Shown here in pieces: positions 18,238 through 34,412 of a stretch of DNA of 64,000 bases. The notes beneath the pieces were generated by a model. That model was not told where the DNA came from. It saw nothing but the letters and a program-made list of their open reading frames with translations, and did no database searches. The stretch is from Candidatus Latescibacterota bacterium (GTDB taxonomy: Bacteria; Latescibacterota; UBA2968; UBA8231), in NCBI GenBank assembly GCA_965208105.1, contig OZ242318.1, forward strand, positions 2,624,001 through 2,688,000, written 5' to 3'. The translations under genes were made by a program, and so were the position numbers. The stretch's first letter is position 1. Each line of letters opens with the position of its first letter.

Positions 18238-19281
18238 TCAAGACGCGCCCTCTTCCGGCATAAGGGCGCTGGCCTCGCGCACCCCGCGCACGAAGTACTG
18301 GTAGAGGATGCTGCCCTGGTAGACCCCCTCGGCGACGGACGCCGCGCCGCCCTGGAGCAGAGATTGGCTCTGGCGCCGCCGCCGCCGCAGGTTGAGGGGA
18401 TGGGCGAGGCACCACAGCAGGGCGGCGAGAGGGGCCGGGACCTGGCGCCATTGGCGTCTCAGCAGATAGCCCAGGCTGGCGAGCACTTCGAGGCAGCAGC
18501 GCAGCGGCAATATGCGCAGGAGGGATCCGGCGCCCAGGTTCTTGCAGACCATGACCAGGTTGTTGCGGTGCTTGAGGTAGGCCCTGCGGAAGGTGGCCGC
18601 CGACAGGGAACGGCCCGAGTGGTGATAGACCACGGACGAAGGCACCGCCATGACGCGGTAGCCCGCCAGGTGCAGCCTCCAGCACAGGTCTATCTCCTCC
18701 ATGTGCATGTAGTACTCCGGATCGAGAAATCCGATCCGGCGCACCGCTTCGAGGCGCAGGAGCATGGCCGAGCCGCAGGCCCAGAACAGGGGCACCTGGC
18801 GGTCGTACTGGCCCCGGTCGCGCTCCAGATGGTAGAGGAGCCGGCCCCGGCAGAAAGGAAATCCCAGACGGTCGATATAGCCGCCGGCCGCCCCGCCGTC
18901 GTCCAGGCGCCAGGGCTGCCCGGCCGAGAGAAGCTTGGGCTGGCATGCGGCAACGGACGGATCGCTTTCGGCCGCGGCCACAAGGGGCTCGAGCCAGTTG
19001 GCGGTCACCCGGGTGTCGTCGTTGAGCAGGACCGCATAGGGGGTGCGCACCGCCTTCAGGCCGCGGTTGCAGGAGGCGCTGAACCCGAGGTTGCGCTGGT
19101 TGCGCAGGACCTCGATCCGGGGGAACTCCTTCCTCGCGCGCTGTATGCTGGGGGCGTCCGGACCGTCGTCCACGACGATGACGCGCAGGGCCGGGCCGCC
19201 GTGGGAGAAGAGGGCCCGGAGGCAGTCGCACAAAGTCTCGGCCCGATGGTGCGGAATGACGATGGTGGCGGCCGCGCTCAC
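18238..19281 (-). CDS. Glycosyltransferase family 2
   Basis: VVDDG, NLGF...CN.G, LLNDD, EEIDLCWR. Confidence 0.9.
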   Translation of the reverse strand: MSAAATIVIPHHRAETLCDCLRALFSHGGPALRVIVVDDGPDAPSIQRARKEFPRIEVLRNQRNLGFSASCNRGLKAVRTPYAVLLNDDTRVTANWLEPLVAAAESDPSVAACQPKLLSAGQPWRLDDGGAAGGYIDRLGFPFCRGRLLYHLERDRGQYDRQVPLFWACGSAMLLRLEAVRRIGFLDPEYYMHMEEIDLCWRLHLAGYRVMAVPSSVVYHHSGRSLSAATFRRAYLKHRNNLVMVCKNLGAGSLLRILPLRCCLEVLASLGYLLRRQWRQVPAPLAALLWCLAHPLNLRRRRRQSQSLLQGGAASVAEGVYQGSILYQYFVRGVREASALMPEEGAS

Positions 19282-21914
19282 GGCTGGGCAGCGGAGCTGT
19301 CCGGGGGTGATTCGGCGCCCTCCTTGGCCTCCTGCCGGCTGCGCAGGGCGTTGCCCAGGACCTGCTCTGCCTCCACCAGCTCCTTGACCTCTCCGAACTC
19401 TTTCCGGTACTCCTCGAGGAGTTCGAGGCCGGCCTCAGCGGCGCCCTTGGCCTGCAAGGTCGCCGCCAGCTCGTAGTAGGCTTCCCAGCGATGCGGCTCG
19501 CGGGCAATGGCCTTGCGGTAGAGATATTCGGCCGGGTCAAAGGACGAGTGCGGCGGATTGAGGAGAATGCCCGCCAGGGTCACCACGTTCTCGTAGGTGG
19601 CGTGGGGACCCTCGCCGTAGGAGTCGAGCAGCAGGTCGCCCGCCTTGGAGATGAAGGTGCTGGCCGCCTCGATGCGGCCGCTGTCCTTGAGGTAGTCGGC
19701 GGCGGTGTAGTAGCCCTCCCAGTTGAAGAACAGGCGCTCCTCCGCCCAGAGCATCAGCTTGGCCACCTCCGCGTTTCTGCTCTCCCTCTGGTAGATGTCG
19801 GCCAGTTGCATGACGCAGGCGCGGTAGTTGGCCAGCAGCCGCCGGGTGTTGAAATCCTTGTAGACCTCGGGGTCGGTGAGGCTGCGAAAGCGATAGACCT
19901 CGAAGAGATTGCGCTCCAGCGCCTCTACATCCGGTCCCAGATCGCGCTCCTTCACCAGCTTCAGGGCCATGCCCTGCATGCGCAGATAGGGGTCGAGCCC
20001 GAGGCGGCCGCTGCCCGCCACCGTGATGGCGAAGTAGATGGGACGCTCCCAGTCGTTCCAGAGGAGCAGACCGATGATCATGAGGTCCTGGACCCGCAGC
20101 AGCTCGCCAGGCCCGGCAGGCTTTACATCGACATCGAAGCCGGCGTCGGAGAGCGCCTTCTTCACCTGGGAGATCACCGGCTCGCGCCAGGCGCGCCGGT
20201 AGAGGTCGACCAGCTGGGTGTCGGTGAGCACCGAGTCTATGTAGGTGTCGTCGAGCCGAATGGGGACCTTGGGCTCGCGGTCGCGCAGCTGCTTGATGTA
20301 CCAGTTGGTGTTGAGCAGGCTCAGGTTGATGACGCGCACGTCCCTGCGGACCCCCTCCACCTCCTGCAGATACCACAGGGGGAAGGTGTCGTTGTCGCCG
20401 TTGGTGAAGAGCAGGCCGTTGGGCTCGCAGGTCTGCAGGATATTGTAGGCATAGTCGTAGGCAACGTAGTCGCCGGTGCGGTCCTCGATGTGGTAGAGCT
20501 TGGCGCCGATGCCCGCGGGCAGGGCCAGGCCGCAGCAGGCCAGGACCCAGAGAAGGGCCCCGCGCAGAGCGAAGCGCCGGCGCAGGTTCTCGACGATGGC
20601 GATCCAGCCCAGTCCCATCCACAGGGCGAAAGCGAAGTACATGCCGCCGAACACGTAGTGGCGCTCGCGCGGCTGCGGGTCGTGCATGTTCAGATAAAGG
20701 GACAGGCCGAACCCCATGATCAGGAACATGGAGAGGATGGCCAGGAAGCGCTTCCAGTCCCGGCGCAGGTGCCAGAGCATGCCTCCCACGCCCAGCAGGT
20801 AGGGAATCAAGGAGACGCTCACCAGGTCCCTGGCATTCTCGGTGGCGCGGCGGAACTCCACGCCGCGCTCCAGCAGGGGAAAGGGAAACTGCTGGAAGAA
20901 GTACTTCATCTGCAGGTGCCAGAACTGGTAGGTGCGCGTTGCCCGCGCCTGCAGCATGCCCAGCAGCTGGCTCTCGCTGCCGTACTGCTCGCGATTGAGG
21001 AATTTGACGAAAGCCGCCCACGTTTCCGGGTTGTTCTGGTCGACGGCGGGTTCGAGCCCCGAGCGGATATAGAGGGCCGCGTAGGTGGAATACCCCAGGG
21101 CGAACAGGATCGCGACCCCCAGCAGCAGCCAGCAGGAGCGGCGGTCGTGGCGATAGAGGTAGTAGAGCAGGACGGCAAGGGCGGCCAGGGTCGAGAGGTT
21201 GCTTCCCGTCCCCGGCCCCAGCAGCAGCAGGGAGGCGAAAGCCCAGACCCCCACCGCCAGGATCAGCATGATCGGGCGGCGCAACTTCTCGTCGGCGAAC
21301 CAGGCCAGGATCAGGATGGAAGGTATGATCAGCAGGCACAGCAGGTGCAGGCCGCCCCCCAGGCCGAAGACGTAGGCGATGAGGAAGAGCCACTTGTCGT
21401 TGCCGGACCCGTGCTGCGTGCCCTCCCAGTACAGAACGAGCCAGACCCCGAGACAGACGAAGAAGATGGAGTAACCGTAGACCTCCGCCTCGGTGGCGTT
21501 GAACCACATGGTGTAGGAGCAGGCCAGAACCAGCGCGGACACCGCGGCTCCCAGGACGACGCCGATTTCGCGGCCGTCGTCGAAGGGTTGCAGGGAGACT
21601 CCCCCCAGGGCCCGGCGGGCCAGCACCACCGTGCTCAGGTAGACGCACCACACGGACAGGGCCGAGGCCAGCACCGACATGAACACCACGCGCCAGGCGA
21701 TGTCGGCGAAGGGCAGCAGGGTGAATATTCGCCCCAGAAGGACGTAGAGGGGCGAGCCGGGTGGGTGGGGGACTCCGAGAATGTAGGAACAGGTGATGAA
21801 CTCGCCGCAGTCCCAGAAGGTCAGGCCCGGTGCCATGGTCCTGGTGTAGAGGCCCAGGACGACCACGAACACACCCATCCCGACCCAGCGATGCAGCGAT
21901 TGAATTGATGGCAT
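19278..21914 (-). CDS. DUF2723 (TMEM260-like GT-C) membrane protein with C-terminal TPR
   Basis: FWDCGEFI...GVPHPPG, EAEVY, QPRER.Y, FTNGDNDTFPLWY.QEVE. Confidence 0.9.
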   Translation of the reverse strand: MPSIQSLHRWVGMGVFVVVLGLYTRTMAPGLTFWDCGEFITCSYILGVPHPPGSPLYVLLGRIFTLLPFADIAWRVVFMSVLASALSVWCVYLSTVVLARRALGGVSLQPFDDGREIGVVLGAAVSALVLACSYTMWFNATEAEVYGYSIFFVCLGVWLVLYWEGTQHGSGNDKWLFLIAYVFGLGGGLHLLCLLIIPSILILAWFADEKLRRPIMLILAVGVWAFASLLLLGPGTGSNLSTLAALAVLLYYLYRHDRRSCWLLLGVAILFALGYSTYAALYIRSGLEPAVDQNNPETWAAFVKFLNREQYGSESQLLGMLQARATRTYQFWHLQMKYFFQQFPFPLLERGVEFRRATENARDLVSVSLIPYLLGVGGMLWHLRRDWKRFLAILSMFLIMGFGLSLYLNMHDPQPRERHYVFGGMYFAFALWMGLGWIAIVENLRRRFALRGALLWVLACCGLALPAGIGAKLYHIEDRTGDYVAYDYAYNILQTCEPNGLLFTNGDNDTFPLWYLQEVEGVRRDVRVINLSLLNTNWYIKQLRDREPKVPIRLDDTYIDSVLTDTQLVDLYRRAWREPVISQVKKALSDAGFDVDVKPAGPGELLRVQDLMIIGLLLWNDWERPIYFAITVAGSGRLGLDPYLRMQGMALKLVKERDLGPDVEALERNLFEVYRFRSLTDPEVYKDFNTRRLLANYRACVMQLADIYQRESRNAEVAKLMLWAEERLFFNWEGYYTAADYLKDSGRIEAASTFISKAGDLLLDSYGEGPHATYENVVTLAGILLNPPHSSFDPAEYLYRKAIAREPHRWEAYYELAATLQAKGAAEAGLELLEEYRKEFGEVKELVEAEQVLGNALRSRQEAKEGAESPPDSSAAQP

Positions 21915-22021
21915 ATGGACTCTTTTTGAGGAGGAAGTGCAGCCCCGGAAAGGTCCGTCGGAGCCTGCATCAGAGTAAAAGTAACAAATTCTTCAGCAAC
22001 GGCACACTTTGGCGATGGATC

Positions 22022-22696
22022 CTACGTCCCTGTCCCGGTCTCCGCCCGCAGGTCGACGCTGCCCCAGGTGCTGGGGTCGTGGGCTATGGGCTGGCCGCTG
22101 CCGGCGGACCAGGATTGCACGCCCCTTTCCACGTCGTGAAGGAGGTAGGTGAATCCCAGGCGGCCGAACTCGCGGGGTTGATATCCTTCCAGGCCGGAGG
22201 CCGGCAGTTTTATCTCCATCTGGCAGCTCCTCTTGAGACGGCGCAATCCCACCTCCATGGAGTCTTCAGGACACGGGGGCGCCTGCTCGCGGGCATTTTC
22301 GATGGTCGTCTGCCGGCCGATGGGCTTTTTGCCGTCCTTGCCCGCCCCTCCGGGAAGAAAGTAGAAATGGTAGCAGTAGCGGTTGGCGCGGTGTGCATCC
22401 TTCAGGTCGCGGGTGTCCAGCCAGAGCTCCAGGCAGTCGCCCCTCGCAGGGTTCCCGGGGTCGATCCGGTAGCGCGATTTCCGGCGGACGCGGAGAGCGA
22501 AGTAGAGGCCGGAGTCGTCCCAGGCCATGTAGAGGTCGGCGAAGGACTCCAGGCCTTCCACCGCCATCAGGTCGGGGATGCGGAAGGCGTCGTCCCAGTC
22601 GCGCAGGTTGCCGTCTATGCGCGGAGGTTCGCGGCGAAACGGGCAGGCGAAGGAGAAGTTGAAGAAGGCGCGCTGGGGGATGTGGAGGTTGTTCAT
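22022..22696 (-). CDS. CBM9/DOMON-like domain protein
   Basis: P.IDG.L.DW, AWDD..LY, D.LE..LD, P..WG motifs. Confidence 0.6.
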   Translation of the reverse strand: MNNLHIPQRAFFNFSFACPFRREPPRIDGNLRDWDDAFRIPDLMAVEGLESFADLYMAWDDSGLYFALRVRRKSRYRIDPGNPARGDCLELWLDTRDLKDAHRANRYCYHFYFLPGGAGKDGKKPIGRQTTIENAREQAPPCPEDSMEVGLRRLKRSCQMEIKLPASGLEGYQPREFGRLGFTYLLHDVERGVQSWSAGSGQPIAHDPSTWGSVDLRAETGTGT

Positions 22697-22786
22697 TTGA
22701 TGTGGATTTCTTTGCGGGCCGGGCGGATCCCGGGGCCGGAGACGGCCCCGCGGAGACCCTGCGTAAACGCGGCCGCGCCGGTCTGT

Positions 22787-28477
<5,691 letters not shown>

Positions 28478-28546
28478 AGGTCCTGCAGAGTTTGAAGGCG
28501 TTCGCCGGATCGAGTGGCTCTTCCCGTCCGCTACTTTCCTCGGCCA

Positions 28547-29356
28547 CTAGGCGGCGTTTTTGCGTGACTTGACGATTTCCTTGACGTGGTTGTAGCCGGC
28601 CACCTCCATGAGCTCCAGGGTTTCCGGCGACAGACGCTCCCTGATCTCCTGCGGCAGAGGGAGGGAACCGCCGTAGTGCTGCGGCAGGTAGCGCAGCACC
28701 AGGGTGCGGCGGTCGCGGTCAGCGGGTTTCCACGGCAGGGTTCCGTGGGTCAGCAGCTCGGAGATGATCACTACGTCGCCGGCTCGCGGACAGATATTCT
28801 CCACCCCGGCGGGCACCTCTTCGGTTATCTCGTTGTCCGGGTAGAAAAGATCCAGCGGGCGCTCGAACGCGGACTTGTGGGAGCCGGGTACGACGATGAG
28901 ACCGCCGTCGCCCGGGTGGACGTCGGTGAGGTAGGGGAAAACCACAGGACAATCGCAGAAGATGCCGCCGTTCTGTACCGCATAGCGGGTGCTCGCCCAG
29001 CCGTAATCTTCCCGAGCGCTGTGCAGCCGGGTTCCTTTCATCCGCCTGTTGACCAGAAGGGTTCCCCGCAGCAGCCGCGGTCTGTCCTGGGTGAGTTCGC
29101 AGATGATGGGCAAGGTGGCCGGATGGGTGGTCAGGGACTCCAGGGCCTTGTCGAAGGCGAATCCGTTGGGGTAGGTGAAAAAGCCCTCCTTGTCGGCATT
29201 CTCACCAGTGCCGAATCCGGGGGGCATTTGTCCGGGCGGGGTGCTGACGTAGCGCTCGGCCGCCTCCTGGGCCTGCTGCAACTCCTCGTCGCCGAGGACG
29301 TTCTCGAGGTGGAGGTAGCCGGCCACGTCGAAAAAGTAGCGCTGTTCGGGAGTCAT
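28547..29356 (-). CDS. PhyH family dioxygenase
   Basis: FFDVAGYL, LHS, YLTDV.PGDGGL.VVPGSHK, AGD....E.L.HGT..W...RR. Confidence 0.85.
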   Translation of the reverse strand: MTPEQRYFFDVAGYLHLENVLGDEELQQAQEAAERYVSTPPGQMPPGFGTGENADKEGFFTYPNGFAFDKALESLTTHPATLPIICELTQDRPRLLRGTLLVNRRMKGTRLHSAREDYGWASTRYAVQNGGIFCDCPVVFPYLTDVHPGDGGLIVVPGSHKSAFERPLDLFYPDNEITEEVPAGVENICPRAGDVVIISELLTHGTLPWKPADRDRRTLVLRYLPQHYGGSLPLPQEIRERLSPETLELMEVAGYNHVKEIVKSRKNAA

Positions 29357-29687
29357 TCAGTAGCCTCCTGCAGGTGTCGTGGGTCGGTGAAAATTTCCGG
29401 ATTGTTTTCAGTTCCAGCTCTAACAGCGGAGGTCCATACTCGGTGATTCCGATGAGAGTGCGCACGAACATGCTCCACGATCGGCACCGTAAATCAGGGC
29501 AGTTGTGGCGGGGTTGCGAGCGGAAATCGCCGGGATGGCCGGAACCAGGAAAGATAAGAAAAAACAGAGAGAGGAGAAACATCTTGCCGGAGTTGCGCCT
29601 GGTTTCGTCCTTGAACCATAATATGGTTCTGGAAGCCATCCGGGACCGGAACCGATCGGCATTTTTTGAATTGTGAGGAGTGAACCC

Positions 29688-31364
29688 ATGTCCAGGCCCA
29701 ACGTAGTCATCGTCATCATGGACGACCTGGCCTACGGGGATCTCGCCTGCCACGGCAATCCCCATACCAGGACCCCCCATCTGGACCGCCTCCATGGAGA
29801 GAGTACCCGGCTGACCCGTTACCTCTCCGGACCGGTGTGCACTCCGGCGCGGGCGGCCCTCTTCACCGGACGCCATGCCTATCGCACCCGCGCCATCGAC
29901 ACCTACCTGGGGCGGTCGATGATCGACCCGGAGGAGGTGACCCTGGCGGAACTGCTGCGCGACGGAGGCTACGCCACGGGCCTGTTCGGCAAGTGGCACC
30001 TGGGCGACTGCTATCCCTGCCGGCCCCTCGACAAGGGTTTCGAGGAGTGCGTCATGCACCGCGGCGGCGGGCTGTGGCAGCCGGCGGGTCTGGGGCGCGA
30101 CAGCTACCATGACCCCGATCTGATGCACAACGGCGAACTGCGGCGCTACCAAGGCTACTGCACCGATATCTTCTTTGACGAAGCCCAGAAATTCATCGAA
30201 GAGGAGGCGCGAGGGCCCTTTTTCGCCTACGTCGCTACCAATGCGCCGCACACTCCGCTGGAGGTCGCCGAGGACTGGAGCCAGCCCTACCGCGACATGG
30301 GCCTCTGCGAATCGGAGTCCCGCCTCTACGGGATGGTGGAAAATATCGACTACAACGTCGGCCGCCTGAGCCGCAAGCTGGACGATCTCGGCATCGGCGA
30401 AAATACCATACTAATCTACACCTCGGACCACGGCCCATGCGGATCGTCGCGGGACGCATCGGGCAGGGTCCGCTTCAATGCCGGCCTCAGGGGCATCAAG
30501 GGCGGACTCTACGAAGGGGGGATCAAGGTCCCCTTCTTCATTCGCTGGCCCGCCGGGATTGCAGCCGGCCGCGACCTCCGCCTTCTGGCCAATCCCATCG
30601 ATCTGCTGCCCACGCTGTGCGCCGCCGCCGCCGTCGACCCTCCCGCGGACAGGATCATCGACGGCAGGAACCTCCTCCCCCTTCTAACCGGGGAGATGGA
30701 AGTCGAGGCCTGGCCGGAGCGCAGCATTTGCATGCAATGGCACCGGGGGGACGAAGCACGGCGCCACCGCAACTATGCCGTCATCGGTCCGCGCTACAAG
30801 CTTCTTCGTCCCGAGGGCTCCGAAGTGGACGAGCTCTACGATCTAACCGAGGACCCGGCGGAAGAACGCGACATATGCGGCGAGCATCCCGACATTGCCG
30901 TTTCAATGCGCCGGGAGTACGAACGCTGGTTCGACGATGTGTCCTCCACGCGCCCCGACAACTACGACCCACCGCGCATCGTCATCGGCACCGAACGCGA
31001 GAATCCCACCGGGCTGACCCGGCAGGACTGGCGTCTCTACGGCGTGGAGGAAGGTTGGAACTCCGACAATCCGGGGTACTGGCTGGTGGAAATCGCCGCG
31101 GAAGGAGACTACTCGCTGCGCATCGAGACCGATATCCTTGAAGGCATGGAAAACGCCGCGTTGCATTTCAAATGCGGCGGGCTGCACATCGAGCGCAGCA
31201 TCACCTCGTGGGACAGGACGGAAATCGCCTTCGCAAGGGTCGCGCTCGAAGGCGGGGCGCACACCCTGGAGGCATACGTCGAGCACGATGGGAAGAAATG
31301 GGGAGTAAGGAGGGTGATCGTAGGGAAGCCTGCCAAGTGGAGCCTGAAGGGAGAAACTGCCTGA
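29688..31364 (+). CDS. Arylsulfatase (Cys-type, formylglycine-dependent)
   Basis: PNVV..MDD, CTPARAALFTG, GKWHLG, SDHG. Confidence 0.93.
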   Translation: MSRPNVVIVIMDDLAYGDLACHGNPHTRTPHLDRLHGESTRLTRYLSGPVCTPARAALFTGRHAYRTRAIDTYLGRSMIDPEEVTLAELLRDGGYATGLFGKWHLGDCYPCRPLDKGFEECVMHRGGGLWQPAGLGRDSYHDPDLMHNGELRRYQGYCTDIFFDEAQKFIEEEARGPFFAYVATNAPHTPLEVAEDWSQPYRDMGLCESESRLYGMVENIDYNVGRLSRKLDDLGIGENTILIYTSDHGPCGSSRDASGRVRFNAGLRGIKGGLYEGGIKVPFFIRWPAGIAAGRDLRLLANPIDLLPTLCAAAAVDPPADRIIDGRNLLPLLTGEMEVEAWPERSICMQWHRGDEARRHRNYAVIGPRYKLLRPEGSEVDELYDLTEDPAEERDICGEHPDIAVSMRREYERWFDDVSSTRPDNYDPPRIVIGTERENPTGLTRQDWRLYGVEEGWNSDNPGYWLVEIAAEGDYSLRIETDILEGMENAALHFKCGGLHIERSITSWDRTEIAFARVALEGGAHTLEAYVEHDGKKWGVRRVIVGKPAKWSLKGETA

Positions 31365-31397
31365 GGTCAACCGCGAGACCTCCCCTCCCTCCTTCGG

Positions 31398-31958
31398 TCA
31401 AAGCACCTGCTGGATATAACCCAGACTGCGCTTGTCCAGCAGGTCCAGGTCCTCGATCTCGAAGCGGTTGCCGTCCACGTCTACGATCAGCAGGCGGCGG
31501 GCGCCGAGCCACTGGACGTTCTCCGCCACGTTCTGCACCACGAACTCGCGCTGACCACGATTGGTTTTCACCTCCCAGTAGGAGGTTCCGAACTCGCTGC
31601 GCAGGGAGTCGATTCGCTCGACGACCGAGGTCAGGTAGCGGCGCTCGAGCTCCTCGCCGATGATGGCGCGCGTCCCCTTGTCCAGGTCCCTGAGGTCGTC
31701 GACCATGCAGATCTCCTCGTCCTTGGCGTCGAGGATCGAAATGAAGCGGTCGGGATAGGACAGGGGCGCTGCACGCACAACCTTCACCTTGAGATAGGAC
31801 CGGTCTCCGTCGATGGTCAGGCGCAAGGTCCACGGCGGTTCGCGGAACAGCCGGATTTTGTCCGCCTCCACCTTGTCCGGGTGGGTCACCACAATGGGGG
31901 TGATCGATTTTCCCTCGCCCTCGCGGCCGCCTGCGGCCTGTTCATTTTCGCCTGTCAT
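31398..31958 (-). CDS. DUF1854 domain protein
   Basis: VRAAPLSYPDRFISI, ELERRY, W.V.T.RG, D.DGNRF.I. Confidence 0.75.
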   Translation of the reverse strand: MTGENEQAAGGREGEGKSITPIVVTHPDKVEADKIRLFREPPWTLRLTIDGDRSYLKVKVVRAAPLSYPDRFISILDAKDEEICMVDDLRDLDKGTRAIIGEELERRYLTSVVERIDSLRSEFGTSYWEVKTNRGQREFVVQNVAENVQWLGARRLLIVDVDGNRFEIEDLDLLDKRSLGYIQQVL

Positions 31959-32012
31959 TCTCCATTCTCCATCTTCGCGCAAGCAAGGCCGACACGCCGA
32001 TCGAATCGGACC

Positions 32013-34232
32013 CTACTCCTTGCCACCCCCTACGGCCATTACCTCGGAGGTCTGTTGCTGGGTCTTCACCAGGTTGTGGAATATCCCCTCGCGCGCCATG
32101 AGCTCCTCGTGGGTGCCGACCTCCGCCACCCGGCCTTCGTCCAGAACCACCAGCCGGTCCGCACTGCGGAGCGTGGAAAGACGGTGGGCGATGGCCAAGG
32201 TCGTTCGACCCCGCACCAGGCGGCCGATGGCCTCCTGGATCTTCTTTTCCGTCGGCGCGTCCAGAGACGAGGTGGCCTCGTCGAGAATGAGGATCCGGGG
32301 GTCGTGCAGAATGGCGCGGGCGATGGCGAGGCGCTGTTTCTCTCCCCCCGCCAGTTTGCTTCCCTTCTCTCCCACCTTCATATCGTAGCCGTCCGCCTTG
32401 GCGACGATAAACTCGTGAGCGTTCGCCGCGCGCGCCGCGCGAACCACCTCCTCGAAGGAGGCCCCTGGTTTGCCGTAGCTGATGTTTTCGGCGATGGTGC
32501 CGTGAAAGAGAAAGGGTTCCTGCGCCACCAGGCCGATCCTGCCGCGCAGGTCTTCCAGCCGGATCCGGCGGATGTCCACTCCGTCGATTCGCAGGCAGCC
32601 CCGGGTCAGATCGTAGAATCGGCATACCAGGGAGATCAGGGTGCTCTTGCCCGCCCCCGATTTGCCCACCAGGCCGATCATCTCTCCAGGCTCGATCTCG
32701 AGGTCGACGTCTTTGAGCACCGGTTTGCCCGAATCGTATCCAAAGGTCGCCTGCTCGAAGGTCAGCCGTCCGGAGAGCCGGGGCATGGCTACGGCATGGG
32801 GGTCTGCGACGGGTTCGAGCCTGGTGTCCATCACCTCGAAGATGCGCTCTGCGCCGGCATATGCCCGCATCATGAAGCCGTAGAAATCTCCGAACCACTT
32901 GAGCGGCTGGTAAAGCATCCAGATGTAGGTGATGAAAGCCATCAACGCGCCCAGTGTCAGCTCCCCGTCGAGGATCTGCCCGCCGCCGATGTACCATACG
33001 AAAAAAACGCCGAAGCTCATGAAGAAGTTCGTCACCATGCTGAAGACCACCCAGTTGCGCTCGGCGCTGACCATTACACGGCGCAACTCGTCGCTGCGCC
33101 GGTCGAAGCGCTCACCTTCCCGGCGCTCCTGGGAGAAGGCCTTGACAATGCGGATGCCGCGGATGGACTCGTTGAGGTGGGAAGAGAGCTGCGACCACTT
33201 GACCGACCAGCGGCGCCAATGGCTTTCCATGCGCTTCCACACCAAGCCTCCCCCCACCGCAATGGGCGCCACCGGCAGCAGCACGTAGAGGGTCAACTCC
33301 CAGTTCATGTAGAATAGAAGCCCCAGGATACCGGCCAGCATCATGGCGTTGGAGACGATGAACGGGATGTCGACGATCAGGTACTCTTCCACCAGGTCGG
33401 AGTCGTTGTTCATTCTCGATATCAGGGAGCCGACCGTGCGCCTGTCATAGAAGCGCAGAGGCAGGTACTGAAGCGACCGGTAGAGATGGGCCCGCATGTT
33501 CTCGGTTGTGCGCAGGCCCACCCATGTGCCCAGCCACTTGCGCGCGACATCGGCCGCCCAGGACAGCAGTCCTATGGACAGCAATCCCGCCACCAGCCAG
33601 ACCAGGAGGTCGAAGTTGGCGCGCGGCGTGAGGACATCGTCGACGATGTGCCGGGTAATGAGCGGAGGGACCAGACCCAGCAAGGTCGAGATGGCAGTGG
33701 CCGCCAGCAGCAGCGCTACTTTGAGCCGATAGGGCCGCATATAACCCAGGAGCCTGCGGAGAGTGTCGAGCTTCCTCACGCACGCCGGACAGATTCCGTC
33801 TCTCTCCGGCAGCACGCGGCCACAGCGCGGGCATCGGCTTCGCTCCATTTCGGTTGCCAGGCCCGGGTCCCCGCCCTTGGAGAGCCGCTTGATGCCCTCG
33901 GCAACCTCGGAAAACTTGGGTGCGAGGGAACTGGAGTAGTAGAGGTGGATCGCCTCGTCATTGCGGGGTTCCACCTCCAGACGTCCGCCGCCCACCAGAG
34001 GCTCGACGCGGACCTCTTCGACCTCCTCGACCGGCAACTGCACGGTCCCGCCGGCGCCGTCGGGGCCGAAGAAGAAGAGGTGCCGGTCGGTCACCGCCAG
34101 CCAACGCTCTCCGAAGCGGTCCTGGCCGTCCATGTCCGTGGCCACCTGGATGATCACCTCCTCCTCCGGCGTTTTGCTGCGGCGCAGCAGGTGGCCTATC
34201 CCGGCAGGCAGGTTTTCCATGAATGGCTGCAT
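32013..34232 (-). CDS. ABC exporter (TMD+NBD) with N-terminal PH-like and CxxC..CxxC extension
   Basis: GKSGAGKS, LAGGEKQR, ILDEAT, IAHRLST; CPRC...CPAC. Confidence 0.9.
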   Translation of the reverse strand: MQPFMENLPAGIGHLLRRSKTPEEEVIIQVATDMDGQDRFGERWLAVTDRHLFFFGPDGAGGTVQLPVEEVEEVRVEPLVGGGRLEVEPRNDEAIHLYYSSSLAPKFSEVAEGIKRLSKGGDPGLATEMERSRCPRCGRVLPERDGICPACVRKLDTLRRLLGYMRPYRLKVALLLAATAISTLLGLVPPLITRHIVDDVLTPRANFDLLVWLVAGLLSIGLLSWAADVARKWLGTWVGLRTTENMRAHLYRSLQYLPLRFYDRRTVGSLISRMNNDSDLVEEYLIVDIPFIVSNAMMLAGILGLLFYMNWELTLYVLLPVAPIAVGGGLVWKRMESHWRRWSVKWSQLSSHLNESIRGIRIVKAFSQERREGERFDRRSDELRRVMVSAERNWVVFSMVTNFFMSFGVFFVWYIGGGQILDGELTLGALMAFITYIWMLYQPLKWFGDFYGFMMRAYAGAERIFEVMDTRLEPVADPHAVAMPRLSGRLTFEQATFGYDSGKPVLKDVDLEIEPGEMIGLVGKSGAGKSTLISLVCRFYDLTRGCLRIDGVDIRRIRLEDLRGRIGLVAQEPFLFHGTIAENISYGKPGASFEEVVRAARAANAHEFIVAKADGYDMKVGEKGSKLAGGEKQRLAIARAILHDPRILILDEATSSLDAPTEKKIQEAIGRLVRGRTTLAIAHRLSTLRSADRLVVLDEGRVAEVGTHEELMAREGIFHNLVKTQQQTSEVMAVGGGKE

Positions 34233-34250
34233 CGTTCTTCCCCGCCTCTA

Positions 34251-34412
34251 GTGTCCCGTCGCAGAGACAGGTTGACGAAATTGGGCCGCCGAGGCGCCAG
34301 GCTCACAAGGCGCCAGAGCGAGTCGTACCAGTGGTGTTCGGCGCGTGAAGGCAACGCCGTGAGCCGGGATGGATCGGCGGAATGATGGCGACATATTTCT
34401 GCGACGGGACAC
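34251..34412. repeat. 162-bp MITE, copy 2, with TA duplication, inserted at the ABC gene stop codon
   Basis: TA-gtgtcccgtcgcaga...tctgcgacgggacac-TA. Confidence 0.88.
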
